A stretch of 64,000 nucleotides of DNA from Atractiella rhizophila (GCA_021432655.1 MU271181.1:77189-141188); one strand, 5' to 3'; positions 12,095-25,865 are shown, counted from the first letter of the stretch. The notes: generated from the sequence alone by a model not told the origin. Translations and numbers: made by a program.

Positions 12095-15000
12095 ATGGCA
12101 GAAAATAATCCCAACATTCGTAAAAGCATTCGGGCAAAAAAACCTGTTGACTTGGAGGCTAGGAATAATGAAAATGCGACCGCTCTATCTCAACGCAATC
12201 AGGGGGCTGCTTTGCATGCGAAGTATGCTTTTTTTTGTTTTCATTCAATTTTAGTTGTGCTAAACGGATGTGCAAGGCTTCTAAAGGACGCAAAAAGAAA
12301 TGGATACGCTGCTACGAAGTATCTCCTGTCCGAAGGAGACAATCTCAGCAAGAATTTGCTGAAGCTTTCGGTATGTCGTGTCCTTTTGTTATAGATGGCC
12401 TACATTTGCTAAATTTCAGATCAGGATGAAAATGCTACCCTGCCTATTGGCGTTCGGCTCCTCCTCGATATCGCTGTGAAAACGACTGCAGACGAGAACC
12501 AACCTCTCGATGACGATGACGAGTTCACCCAGTTCAGCAAGAAGAGCAAAGAGTTCACTGTGGACGACATTGGCGGCTGGGCGGGTGTCAAGATCTTCAG
12601 CAAGCTCTGGTCTTCGCTTTGGAACCAACTTGGTCGCTTTCCGCTTATCTCGGAGCAGCGTTTGTGCCAGCTACATATCGTCGGAGCAGCTGTTGTCCGC
12701 ATGCTTATCCAAGCTGGAGAACTCGACGATCCCATGCAAGATGCCCAAGATTTAGACTACCTACCTCCGGCTGCTGAGGAGAGGCTGAGCATGGAGCCAG
12801 AGGAGGAGATAAGCGATGAAGGAGAGAGAGAGATGAACCGAGCTGCCGCAGATGCATTGAAGGAGATGCGGAAAGGGGATGGCGGGAACGGAAAGACTAG
12901 GAGTCAGAGGAAGAGGGAGAAGGGGAAGGATAAGAAGAAAAAGCGGAAGAGTACTGCTATTGAAACAGTAGAGGTGAGTGATTCTTTCGCTGCCTTGACT
13001 CTGGCTCAAGGGATTGCAGATGTGTCCGGATGAAGAAAATTCAACTGTGAATGAAGAGACAAATCGGGACGGAAAACGGAAGGTATGCTGTGTGCCTGTG
13101 CTCTTCTACCCACCTGGTGCTGATGCCATGACACTGTGCGCAGAGAATCGGAGTCGTACGAGGGAAAGCAACCATCAAATTTTACTACGAGGCTATTCAA
13201 GATCCTTCTAAACTTGCTAAGACCAGTCTCTCGCTTAGCTTCGGTGACGGTGCAAAGCTCCACCCTGGCAACCGTGTTTTCCAATGCCACAAATGCAAGC
13301 GACTCCTCTGTCAAACGCCGGCACAAAAGTACAATTGTGACGGTCTCATCAGGCACTGGTCCAGCCATGGTTCTGCTTACCAGACCTGCTTCACGCACCT
13401 TTGTGAAGTTAAACCCGGTGAACCCTTCAACGAGCTTGATTTATCCTTTGCGAAAGGGAACATGGCTCCCGGAGACTACAGTCGGGAGAGGGGACTCAAC
13501 ACCCCTATTCCTGCATGGGCACAACCGAAGCAAGTTGTCTCAAAGATGACTCACAAAGGAGATCAGGCATGCACCCATCTGCTTAATCCATGCCGAGAAG
13601 GCTGATCCAATATTTGTTTTGGAAACAGGCGGTCGACCCAGAACGGCTGAAGTATCTTATCTCCAGATGGACTGCATCCTCTGCTCAATCGTTCACGGAA
13701 GTTGACTGTCCCGAACTTCGTGACTTGCTCACATATATTCACGGTACTCCACTCTCAATTCCGAGCTCTTGGACCATCCGAAGAACAGCTCTCGAATGTG
13801 CGGCTCACCTCACCGCAAATCTTTCCTTCTTTTTCAAGGTATGTGCTTTCTGTTTTTGAGACACAGCTCTGAGCACGGGATGATAGGACCACATTGGTGA
13901 CGGCGAGATCGCACTGTCTCTTGACAGTTGGACATCGAGCAATCTCATCGCTTTTCATGCAATCTGTGCACACTTCATCGATAAGGAAGGACACCTTGTC
14001 AATGCTCTGCTAGATTTTGTTGAGCTGAAGGGAAAACATTCGGGGGAGAGGATGGCAAAAAGTGGTTTACGGAGTGCTCAAGAAGCATAGATTGTTGGGA
14101 AAGGTAGCCTTTTCTGATATCTATTGTGAATGTTGCTGAATAATCTTGCTCTTAGATCTCGATTATAATGTCGGACAATGCGACTTGAATGATACGATGA
14201 TGACCATGCTGGAGGATCTTTTCAATGCTGACAACATCGATTTCCCCGTAAAGGAACGACGAGGCAGATGTCTCCCCCACATCATCCATCTCGCCGCCTT
14301 GTCTCTGTTGAATGCACTCGGTGCATGGCCAGCATCCACAAAAGCTGGCCGCGACGTCACTCCCAAGAACCCTCCCGAGTCCAGTGGCATTCCTCCTCAA
14401 GTTTCTGATGAATAACAACGAACCCCCTCCTCTTGTTCCCATCGATGATGACGATGAATCCGCATTGCCGTGTCAGTGTCAGCTCCCAACCCTGCTTAAT
14501 GCAGATGGGACTGTTTTTGTGGAAGAAGATCCCAAACTGGATGAAATGATGCATGGAATGGGATTGGGTGACAACGTAATGTCAGACATGAATGCTGATG
14601 TTGGAACAGCTATCCAGCGGGTAAGTTTCCTCTTGCTTTCTCCCTGTTAACATTGAACTGATGGATTGACAGCTCCGAGCGATCCTAAAATGTGCTCGCT
14701 CATCTCCGCAGAAGAAGGAGATGTGGTTCAAGCTTCCCGGTGCCACCTTAGTCGAGAGTGAAGAGTCCGAAAAAGTTCTTATCCTTGACGTTCGAACGCG
14801 GTGGTCCTCAACTTGCAGCATGCTGCAGCGCGCGCTTCTCTTTCGCTCCGTTGTCGACCACTTTGCTCAATATTACTCCCAAGATCTGAAAGGTGTGCGG
14901 TTGAGTGAGGAAGACTGGGATGCAATCAAGCTCGTCTTATCGTGGTTGGAGGAGTTTGCCGAAGTAACTGCTCTTATGTCTTCGGCCTCCGATGTCACCA

Positions 15001-15941
15001 TCAGCAGCGTTGTTCTGATATTCCTCAGCTTATTTGAAAAGTTGGAAGAGGCCTTTGCCTCTCTGCCACTCCGGACTCGGAAAAAGGTAAAGGATGGGCT
15101 CTCCAAGGCACATCAAAAGTTGGCAAAGTATTATGATAAATCTGATGCTTTCCCGTACTACTTTTGGGCTATTTGTGAGCTCTATCTTTCTTCCACATTC
15201 TTCTCATCCGGCTGCATATGTCTGTTTGCTGATTTGGATGGAGGGAATAGTACTCGACCCTAATGCTGGTCCTGCAACTTTGGAGGATCCGCGTTACGCT
15301 TTCGATCCCTTCTGGGTGGAGCGTGCCAAGGACAACCTGAAGAGGAAGTTCGACAGCGACTACGGCCACTTAACCCCACCACTCGCAACTCCTATCTCTG
15401 TGAAGGTCAACAACTCAAAGCCCGCATTGAGTGCACAGCAGAAGCTCAATGAGCGGATCGGTCGCCAAAACAACGTTCAGACAGCAGCGTCGCCAACGCA
15501 TATCCTCGATCGCTACTGGAAGCATATCCGCAAACTGCAAGATCCCGATGACGGAGAGCCTGATGTCGGCAGCTTGGATCCTCTCCAGTGGTGGCAAGCA
15601 CAGGCTGCGGGTGGTAGATTCCAAGCTCTGGTCCCTTTAGCGCAAAGTGTGCTTTGCATCCCTGGTGAGTCCTTTCTTATTTTCCCTTCTTGCTTTGACG
15701 TTAATATCGCATTGTGGTGGCAGCATCTGCAGTAGCTGTTGAACGAGTGTTTTCCTCTGGCAGAGATGTCATCTCATTGCGCCGAGCTTCCCTGAAGGCC
15801 GAAACAATCCAAAAACTCATGATGTTACGCTCTTGGTGGATGTTAGATAGGAAGAAGAACGGGGGTTTGTCTTGGCTGTTTGAACCTGTCAAGTTGTCTT
15901 CTTCTTCGAAGGATTTTGTTATGAACATTGATAGTGACTAG
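12095..15941 (+). pseudogene. hAT-A transposase (multi-exon: N-terminal extension, BED finger, DDE core, dimerisation domain) with frameshifts
   Basis: BED: FYY..FQCHKC..LIRHWSSH (13180-13370). Core motifs SLDSWTS, SDNA, RCLPHIIHLAA, LDVRTRWSST and DPLQWW, then VERVFSSGRDVISLRRASLKAETI. Frameshifts at ~14060 and ~14186. Confidence 0.9.
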
Positions 15942-15999
15942 TGCTTCATTCAAGCTTGCTTGCTCATGTAGTCTACATACGCCAACTGACGATTAATCC

Positions 16000-16173
16000 A
16001 CACCGTCTACACCATCCAACCCGTCCGCCAACCGCTTTTTTTCACCCGTCAACCGCACCGTCACCGTCAGAGGTGGTTTGTTGCTGATGACGGTGCGGGT
16101 GACGGTGCGGGTTCACCCGTCCCGTCACCGTCCCAGCCCAAAAAATCGACGGACGGGACGGTGCAAAGCCCTA
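16000..16173 (+). repeat. Right terminus of hAT-A: TIR GCAAAGCCCTA plus CCGTC/GACGG subterminal repeats
   Basis: Nearly identical to the right end of the MITE at 56210-56298. The matching left TIR was not found. Confidence 0.85.
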
Positions 16174-16477
16174 CTCAACCAAAAGCTCCAGTGTGATGAA
16201 ACGTAAACAGGTTTTCAAACATGCTCAAAGAATACAAACTTCATCGAACGCTGATAAATCCGCATGAATAACTGGGTTATCTTTGTCTAATTCACATGTT
16301 AGACAGAGTCCAGTTGCGAATGCCACCTTCAGCATGACAATGTTCCAGATCACCGGGATTCCATAACACCCTATACCAGCCTTCGTCATTGAAGGCGGCT
16401 CTCTTGAAAGTTCTGTCCTAACGGAAGGCCTCGAAGCAGAGAATGTCCTCCTGGACAAAGGGAAGCGCCCTAAACAA

Positions 16478-19400
16478 GTGGCAGAGCCCGTCCCCCCACG
16501 CCGTAGGAACTCGGGCTCCTGCCAAATGGCAAACGAGGGCTTGGAAGAGGATGTTTCGACAAGTACCCGATTCGAGGAAGCACTGGTGGAAACCTTCCGT
16601 CGCGACCTCTCTCAAGACCAATTCGAATCATGGCTTCATGAGTGGAAGGAGTCCCAAAGGTGGCTTTGGAACGTCTTCTGGCTTGTGAAAGCAAGTTTCA
16701 TGAGGGAAACAGACACAGTATCCAGGAATAGTAGCGCCTTCGACTCCGGGGTCGAGACTTGTCACCGGGCGGAAAGACGAGTAGGAGAGCTGCAGAGGGA
16801 GGTGGACAAGCTGAAGATGGAAAAGATGTCCTTGAGGAGGAGACAAGAACAATAACGGACGAACGTAATGAACTGCATAACTAGCTCGTCAGCTTAAATG
16901 TCCCTACCAGGAGCCACCCACCTCCGCACGATCGACCCTTCGTTTCCTCCCTACACCACCCACCCCCGATTGAACCCTTTGATCCTGCTCCCCAGCCCCA
17001 GCACCTCCATCAGAACTTTGGACCGCAACCTACCCAACCCCAGAAGTGGCCACAGGAGGAAGATGGAGAGACGGAACTCATTCAGCTGGCCAAGGACAGG
17101 AGCGCTGCCATGAAAGACCGCATTAACATGCTTTTCGACCAAAGCATGGACCTCGACTTCGAAAACACACCGCCCAGAACTCAATGGAAGTCCCCAATGT
17201 ACAAAGTATTCTGCAATGCATCAACGTACAACTGGGCACAACCCTCTGACCTCAAAGCTCAAGGTTGCCAAAGCAACTCAAAGTACCAATGTACGGCAGA
17301 GCTCTACGCTCCAAGCTATAATGTCCCCCAAAGTACCAAAGTGTGGCAGAGCCTTGTGCTCCTCGCCATAATGTACTCCAAAGTAGGGCGGCAGAACCTT
17401 TGTGTTTCTCGCCTTAATGTACCCAAAGTACCAAACTGCGGCAGAGTTGCATGCTCTATGCCACAATGTGTCTCAAAGTAATAAATTCACAGGTCAAACC
17501 CTTTACGAAACAAAGGCCTATTCCCAAATTGTGGGATAGAATACACCGCGATTCCTTGCAGTTATCACATGACGGAGTACAGTGTACTAACGTTGTCCCT
17601 TCCACCATATTGTCCCAAACAAGATGGAGAAGTGGATCCTCTCCAACTGACACAGTTACGTTCCAGCAATCTGCTTCACTTCACCAGGTCGATCAAGGAG
17701 GAAATCGAGCAGAAATTCAGAACCACCAACACAGTAATAAACTCCAGCGAGGCCTCTGTACGCTCCAGTGCTTTCAATAGCCTCGGAGACGACATAATCT
17801 TCAAGATCATGAAGGAGGGAAAGGACCTTAACATCGACCGTGGTGAATGGGACTTAGCAATGACCAGTTACCTCCAGCTTCTTTCGAAAGCCAACAAGCC
17901 AAACCTTTCAAGGGGCTTACGCCGCTTCATCAACTTCATCAAGGATGCCCACGACACCTTGCGCCTCCGTGCGGTTTCCAACAGTTCAGTGGCCTGGTTC
18001 GATGACTGGCCAATCTGGCTACTTGTAGCCATTAAATGCCAAAACATCCACCAAAGCAATCCCTCAAGTCATTTTGGTTCCCCAGATCAGATACGTGCTC
18101 AATATTTGCAGAGCAGGAACAATGGATGCTCCTTGAAGTCGATAGCAAGTTGAGGAGCCACGCACCACCTGCAACTCACGTACATGCTCAAAAGCCCTTT
18201 CGTACAAAGTCGAGAACCACTCCTCAAACAAGCCATCCGCACCTACCACAGCCAGTCCCCCCATTGATCGCGAGCAAGAAAAGATGATCAGTGTGTCCGG
18301 CGCCTGTACAATGGTCACAAATACAACGACTGCTACTCCACCAGAACCATTTCTGAAGCCGGAGGAAAGAATCTGGCTGCTGAAGGTCAGGGACGAGGAA
18401 AGCTCATCGTCAAAGGAAGTAGTGATAGGATATGCTTCTTCCATCAACTGCATCTGGATGCAAATGGGGAGACCGCTGCAGCGCCGGCAAGCATGTCTGC
18501 AGCGGTTGTGACAAGCCAGATTGCAGGTCTGCTTTAGCATCATGTTCTTTTAATTCAGCTAACATACCTCCGCAGGCAACTAAGCATGCTCCACCAACCC
18601 GTTGAAGTCCCACTCCCCAACATCTTTGAGCCTACGATCAAAATCGCCTATGCCAACGACCCTTTACAACAAATCATTACAACATACAACGCAGACATAT
18701 TTGAATACATCAACCGCTTCGGACTGCATGACTTATATCTCAACTCCGAAATTCACATCCATAACTGGATCCACAATGGCTTCCCAGCTTACATTGCTGA
18801 CACTGACTTTGTTAAATTCACCCCCCGAACATTTCTACCTCCGAAGCGAAGAAAGCCTTCGTACGCAGTTGGTGCCAGGAGGAACGTCTGCTGAACCGTC
18901 TCCCCGGCCCATTCACAGAGTCAACCCTGGACATAGTCTTCGATGGAGTCTGGAGGACTAGCCCAATCTCCGTAGTCGAGAAGGCAGGAGCACCCAGCGA
19001 GTTCCGCCTCATTGTTGATTTCTCCCAGAAACCCCACTCTCAAAACTCCCCCCCTCTCAAGTCAATTAATGAGCATATCGACACTACCTTCTTCAGCAAC
19101 AGGTGGGATGGTTTCCCTACCATGCGGCACTTATTCCTCTCAGTTCCACAAGACACCAAGGTTATGACTCTGGACGTCAAAGGTGCCTTCAGGACTTTTT
19201 CAACTAGCCCGGATTCAAGGCGCTATTTCGTTTTCCAGGACTTCGAAGGTCAGTTCTGGGTAGATACACTGGCCTCCTTTGGTTGTGCTTCTTGCCCCGG
19301 CAATTACGGGCTCTTGAACGACTGCTGGATCGACTTTGTCTCCTCGCTCTTCTGGATTGCCATTCACTGGGTCGACCACAACCTGTTCTTCAGATCTCAC

Positions 19401-20454
19401 TCTGCCTCTCAGTGGTACAACCCGAGAGGATGTCCTGAATATCCTAGAAGAGCTAGGTGTTCATGTTAACAGAAAGAAGGCCTTTGATTTCTCTCACACA
19501 TTCAAGTACATTGGTTTCACTTGGAGCTTCGTCGACCGTTCCGTGTCCCTTCCCCGCCTGAAACTCCTCAAAGCTGTCACCCTTCTAGAACTCTGGCTCA
19601 CCCCCACCTTCGGTTCCTTTCCTTGCTCCGAACTCATGTATCTCCTGGGGTTTCTTCAGCATGTCGTCCTTATCTTCCCATATCTTCACGCTTACATGCG
19701 GTCACTATATGTGGAGAGCGCTTGATTCGATGAGATCGAACACAGACTCGGCCCCAAGGTAGCCTCCTCTGTACGACACCACTCCTTGGAACCCCTCCAC
19801 AAGGATTTAGAGAAGTGGCTATCCCACTTATCTACAGCAACCCTATAGTACCTACCATGTGACACTGAGAACCCAATCGACTTCCAGTGGCATGGAGATG
19901 CAAGTACGGACTGGGGAATCGCAGCGATCCAAGGGTACTGGTCTGTCGGGAAGTGGAAGACTAGCTTGTCACGCTTGAACAAGGAGATAGGCTTTGGCGA
20001 GATGCTGGCATACGAGCTGGAGACTTATCTTCTCTAACACCTATTCTCCATGCCGCCCTCTAAATTCAACGTCCCCTCACCGCACCGCTGTTCCATCATC
20101 ATTCACACCAATAACACAGGCATCCAGTTTATCCTTGATGAAGGTTGGACTTCCAATGTCAGCTCCAATTCCTCTCTGAAGCGCATTTACACCATCTGCC
20201 AACAGCTTACTATCGAACTCTCTTCGCGCATTGGCTAGCCTTCGCTTGTAATCCTACTGACTCGCTGTTGTGTGGTACCTTCTCGTCCTTAGACCCTTTG
20301 TTATTCAACCAATCCCCCCTCCACCGCCAATCTCCCATTTAGTATCTTATTTCTGCACCTATCCACACCTCTTACATAGCGTTTCTTCTTCAGAACCCAG
20401 TTTCGAACCCTTCAATCAGTACTTCACCATGGATACTTTCTTCATCTCTACTTA
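16478..20454 (+). mobile_element. DIRS/Ngaro-like retroelement B, decayed (gag-like, RT, RNase H); cut off by Helitron-2
   Basis: RT: FRLIVDFS, TLDVKGAFR, SFGCASCPG, HWVDH, FKYIGFTWS. RNase H: WHGDASTDWGIA, IGFGEMLA. Clearly homologous to 48079-49890. No YR catalytic domain seen. Confidence 0.85.
17279..17480 (+). repeat. Degenerate ~50-bp minisatellite, 4+ copies
   Basis: Units CAAAGTA(CCAA)..GGCAGA....GCCATAATGT start at 17279, 17329, 17379, 17424 and 17474. Confidence 0.8.
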
Positions 20455-23400
20455 CCAGTGTGTCAGTGCCCTCGTCCCTCGGGCATCCCCCCGCCAGGGG
20501 CTTCGCCCCTTGGACCCCAGCCTCTGGCGGCCACTGCGTGGGCCTCGCCTTCGGCGAGCACATGTAGACATGGGTTTTGGTATGAATCTACATGCATCCG
20601 ATTGTGAAAATTCAAAACTTCTCTGTACACTATATTTTCCATCCTCTTATTCTCTATCCCTTGTACTTGGTGTAAATAAACTCGAAGATTCTTAGCGTTC
20701 AAAACTCTAGAAAGTCCTACGGAAAGTTATCCATGTGCAAAAACTAGTATGTCCAAATACAATCCAACAGTCTCCACCGACTGGCCTTGTGACTTGTTGA
20801 TGGTCAGACAGAAAGCCAATTTAACAGGGAATTGAAACCGCCATAAGGTAAACGGGAATGAATTGGAGACCTTGCTATCCAATTCAATGCGTGGGATGAG
20901 GACCAAAGTGCCTGTGAATCCGCCTGTAATGATGGTAGCCTCAATGACACGGGAGAGCAGCTGGGTGATGATCAACCGTGTACCATTACAGAGCCCAGCT
21001 GAAGGATTGAGGTTTCGTATCAGAATGATAGGGGCTCCAACTTTGAGATGAAGACGATGAAGAGGGACACCCATCATATTGAGAGTATTGAGGTATTCAA
21101 CTGTGAAGCCTTGTTGAATGTTCTCACTATCGTCCATCAATCGGTCAGCACTAAGGTAGATACGTTCCTGTCAGGAGACAAATTGTCGAATAAGCTGATC
21201 GTTTATCATGTCAACATCAACATTCCGGGCTGTAAGGACCATGCGCTCTTGAAAGTATTTCCTCAACTCGAGTGGGTTGACATCTTGCGTTATGGTGCTC
21301 AGTCCAGGGTATATGTCAGTCAGGAGACCGTCCAGACCACAGGGTCACTGGACTATTGTTTGGTCGTTCATAGTTAATGGACTATGGCCACAGTCTTCTG
21401 GGTTATCTGTTCTGCCCTTACCAACTGACAACAACCATTCAGCAAAGCCAGAGGCAATAGCAAAGTCTCGGCTACTCATTTCGGCCTGATGACGGAGCAG
21501 GCGCATATTTACTGTGAGTAGGAGGACTCGAACTGCTGTCCAAACGGACTGTTGATGACACACGCATCGACGATCTGCGCACGTGAAGCTTTGGGGATGA
21601 CTGAGTGGCATTGTCACATGTCGCCTAATTATTTATCAGACATGAACTCTTTGACTTGATTCACTTACCACCAAGAACCAAAATAACTCCACCGAAAGGC
21701 ATATCCACCTTACGTATATCTCTCAGCATCCAGTCAACTGCTTCAAAGCACCATCAATGACTCATTCCCACTTCGTCCCATATTATCAATTCTGCCTCTC
21801 AACAAAGTCAACCGTCATCACTTTGAGCCGTAACACCACAGATGGAATCAGCTTCAATGTCCAATGGGATCTGGAAGCGAGTATGGGCTGTTTGTCCACA
21901 TTCCAGCAGAATAGCAGCAATACCAGAAGAGGGCACTGCCAGCGCAATTTTCCCCGCTGAATGTACTGTGGCGAGTAATAGGTTTTCAACAAAAGTCTTT
22001 CCAGTCCCTCCTAGGCCATCGATAAAAAATAATCCACTATTTCCACTTTGCCATGCTTCTACAACCGTGTCATAAGCATGACGTTGGTCCAGATTTAATA
22101 ACGGTAACTCTGTCTGAATACGTGCGTGAAGTAGTGGTCGATCATATGCAAGTTCTTCCCCAATAATCCTTGTCTCGCCTCCCCATCTTTGTAGTCGCTC
22201 TGCGGGTTGTGGTAGTCCAAAGTCACTTAGGGATTTCCAATGAGCCTGGAGGAGATCTTCAATTTCGAGGAGACAGAGGCTGATAATTTGCTCGTTCATC
22301 GGATCGGGTACACCATATTTTGTCCGTAGAACGTGTTTACAATCGTCACTGAGTTGCTCATGATGGCTGTCCCATAATCTTCTGGGTTCACTGGCGACTC
22401 CGAAGAGCAGGATGTAGACAAACAGAGATCGCATCGCAAAGCCATTCTTGACGGTGCTGGCTTCATTGAGACAATAATCCCATTCTTCGTCACTTTCTAA
22501 TAGCCCAAGAGCCACACATGTAGCCTTGAAAGTCTCATAGACAGTTCCCTCTACTGTTCGGATATCCTCAAAAGATTTCAGACTGGCAACCTGATGCAGA
22601 AGCATTCGGAGATAGAATAACTCCCCTTGTGAGGGCGCAACATAGTAGATACGGCCGATAGCTTCTTGTTTCTCCCGGATTTTCCAAGAGCATGAGCCTG
22701 ACTTCCAGGTAAAGAATTGAGGAACCTTAGGATAGGTAAGGTCTTCAGTAATGTTGGGGTTTTCCCGACAGTAGGTGAAGAACTCTGTCAACATTGTTTT
22801 GGCAATGTTGTTCCTGCCGAGAATGTCACCCAAGGACTCATCCTGAGGATTAAAGGTCACAGAATGCCGATCAGGAAGGTGTACTGCCAAGCGAATAACC
22901 ACAAGAAAATGCTGGTGTAAAGTAACGTGGAAAATCCGGTAATAGGCTGTAAAATTGTATCAAATAAGCCCTGACATCATCTCAGAGTAGTTCTAAACAC
23001 TTACCTTCAGAAGATCCGATGAATCTAGCATCCAAGTACTCTTGAATCTCATCCACTACCCTAACATCACCTCAGGCACTATGAAGGACAGCTTGTGCCC
23101 GATCATTTCCTTTGTAGACGTATTTGAACAGGTATTTGACTGATTTGATGGAGATGCAGAGTTTCACATTGATATGAGCTGTAAACTGACAAAGGACATA
23201 AGCATTGAACGACACGACCCATCGATTGTCGTAAATGAATCCATTCCGCGATTTCTGAAAGGTACGTCCAATGTTACGGCGACGATAGGTGGGATAGCCA
23301 TCCTCATTGATGCCTGTTTCTTCTATGAATGGCTTTGGAAACCCTTTGCCACAGATCTTTCTTCCAGGATTTTTAGGATCATCTATCATGCATGGAGCAT

Positions 23401-25865
23401 CTGGGTTGATATCTCCACAGGTCCATGAAGCATATGATTGCAGACAATCTCGAACAATTCAGGGTCTGTATCCTTGTCAGGCAATTCAGCAGATACTATG
23501 CGGTCGATTGCCTCGACATCCCTGATGGTATCTTCAGGATTGAGGATGATGAGGATGTGAGCATGGGGGAGACCGCATTTCTGAAATTCAATCACCCAGA
23601 CGAAGCTGACCGACCGACCAAAGATTGAGCTATCCTTGATGTCCTGCATGTAAGCCTTCACCTTTGCGTTGAAACTCTAGAGACCAAGTCTGGTCGATCA
23701 GCAGCTGTTTGCCCAGGAAGTAGAGCTTCTGTGATTTCTGGCCACCGTGGATTTCAAGTGAAAGTTGTGAAGATAGCAGGTGAACCTTGGTTCCCAACAA
23801 TTGCCATAGCATCTTGGAATTGCTGGTTCATCTGGCGGGGACTTCCTGTGTGTGACGATGGTAGAATGGTCCGCTTCCCAACATCTGCAGCATCTCGACC
23901 ATCTTCTAATGCATCGCCAAGTCCAGCATAAGACTCAGTTCGGAGAAGTTCTTGATTGTACCTCAGGAACCTCAATCGTCCACTTTCTATCTGAGCATAA
24001 GCATCACAAACCAATTCTTGAAACAGCCGGCCACCATGGTGAATTAGAGAGAATTTGTCCTTCTTTAGGTGTAGCAGGTAAGGGTAATAGTTCATCTGAG
24101 TAAGGTGTTTCTGTTCTCCTATTACTAACTATTCGTCCTTCATCGATATTCTTCTCATGGACCCCGTAGAAGCAGATCTTCATGACTAAGGGGGATGTAT
24201 GCGTGCCAACCTTGCTCGCCGTAGGGGAACAAAAGTGGGAAGCGTAGAGGAAGATAGTTGGCATTCTGATCACTAACTCTCTCAAAGAAATTCTGACCAT
24301 CAGGACGTCGAAGTTTAACCACAATGTCCCTTGTGATACCTGCCGTAGCTCCTGACTGTTTGCCAATGAGAAGCACTGCAATTTCTCTTATGCCATGACC
24401 TGTTGCCCTATTGTATCGTCAAGGGTCCTGATCAGTAGGATCAATAGTTTGAAGGTGGAGGTTCAAAATCGGATTATCCCCCATGTGCTCTCTTGCTGTT
24501 TTATAAATTTCTGGCCAGGGATTGACTTGCCACATCATTTCTTGTAACTTCCTCAAAGTCCCTTCCTTGAGTTTGTGCTGTCCAACAGTCTCTACCCTTT
24601 GTTGAATCTGCTCTTCAGAATCCAGCATATAGATTTGTGCGAACTGTTCATCTCCATCAGAATCAGGTAGCAAAGCTCCAATGCAATGGCACAGCTCCCC
24701 TTGAATTGGGAAAGAGTAAACTCCTTGCCCAGGAATAGGTGGCCACTTGACTCCAAGAGAAGTAAAGGAAAGAGCATTATTGTAGGGCCGGATATTTTCT
24801 CGAAACTGCTTTGATTCTTGGGTATCTGGGTTGATTAATAGCTGATGTAATTCTGCTGGTGGTTCTTCATAAGCTGGAAGAATAATCTTTCCCAGAGAAC
24901 AACAGTTAGAAAACTTTGGATTCCACTTAGAGCTCCTAGCTATCCGTTCCTCCAGCCAATGAAAGGCACCACATTCTGAGCAAAAGGATTCATTCCAGCC
25001 CGAAAGTCGGATTGCCTCCACTGTGTCTGGTAAGTAGTTGAATGCGAGAAAAGGATGCTGATCTCGTCTTACATCCCGAGGAGCTACCACTGTTTGATCA
25101 GGCAGATCAGTATTCTCAAATACCCCCACTTGTTGTCCATCAGAGGAACCGTCGTTGAATTCTTCACATAAAGGTTGAGGGTCTGGCTGCCATCGGTGTC
25201 GGCGTCCTCTAGGAGGTTCATCCTCCTGCTGTTGCTGCATATGAATTTGATGGGTCAAATGCTGAGGTGGTGTTCGTTGTGTAACCTGGAAGCGCTGTGG
25301 TAATCCTGCATGACGTCTTTCTGAGCAACGTGGAGCAACCTGAGGTGTATCTGATCGGCGCTCCTCCCGCCTTTGTTGCTGAGCATGGATGTGTTGGTTT
25401 ATACCATTTTTTTTTCTTAGGATGGGGCATGATGATTCCAAGATGGCATGAGAACATAATGCAAGGGAGTATATTCCAACTCACATGTGTTCACTTTCTT
25501 CCCCTCATGGTAGGCAAACATATTCTCCTGGCGCACAACCTGAGAAAACCCAAAACGCGCTGTAGAAATCTTGTGCGGCGCTTCCGGCTTGTGCGGTGCT
25601 TCCGGCACGGCATGAAATTTGCAGGGCTCCTGCACACGGCATTATCGGTTTTGTGGGCCTCTTCACTGGTTCAAATCCAGGAGGGAACTCTTTTTTTCAT
25701 GACTTTAAAATAAAATTTCCTTGCACTTTCAGAAAGGTGCAAACATAGGCAGTAAGATGGTGTACTTCATTTCATTTCAATGTGCCTGGTGAGGGAGGTA
25801 TGAGGGCTCAAAAGTGGTTTTATGACTCACGCTAAGAACTGATGAATCTATAGATGATTTTAGGA
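20455..25865 (-). mobile_element. Helitron-2, full length (5411 bp), inactivated
   Basis: 5' end A|TCCTAAAATCATC at 25865. 3' hairpins followed by CACACTGG|T at 20455 (CTRR end). AT target, no TSD. Confidence 0.92.
20600..25441 (-). pseudogene. RepHel pseudogene with complete domain order
   Basis: CSECGAFHW..CCSLGKI, PLRFPLLFPYGEQGW, ILPSSHTGSPR, VIEFQKCGLPHAHIL, KYLFKYVYKG, FIDGLGGTGKTF and TINKSQGQS. Stops and frameshifts throughout. Confidence 0.93.

Noticed and set aside
17279..17480. CRISPR array
   Set aside because: The whole unit is degenerate-homologous, with no repeat/spacer distinction.
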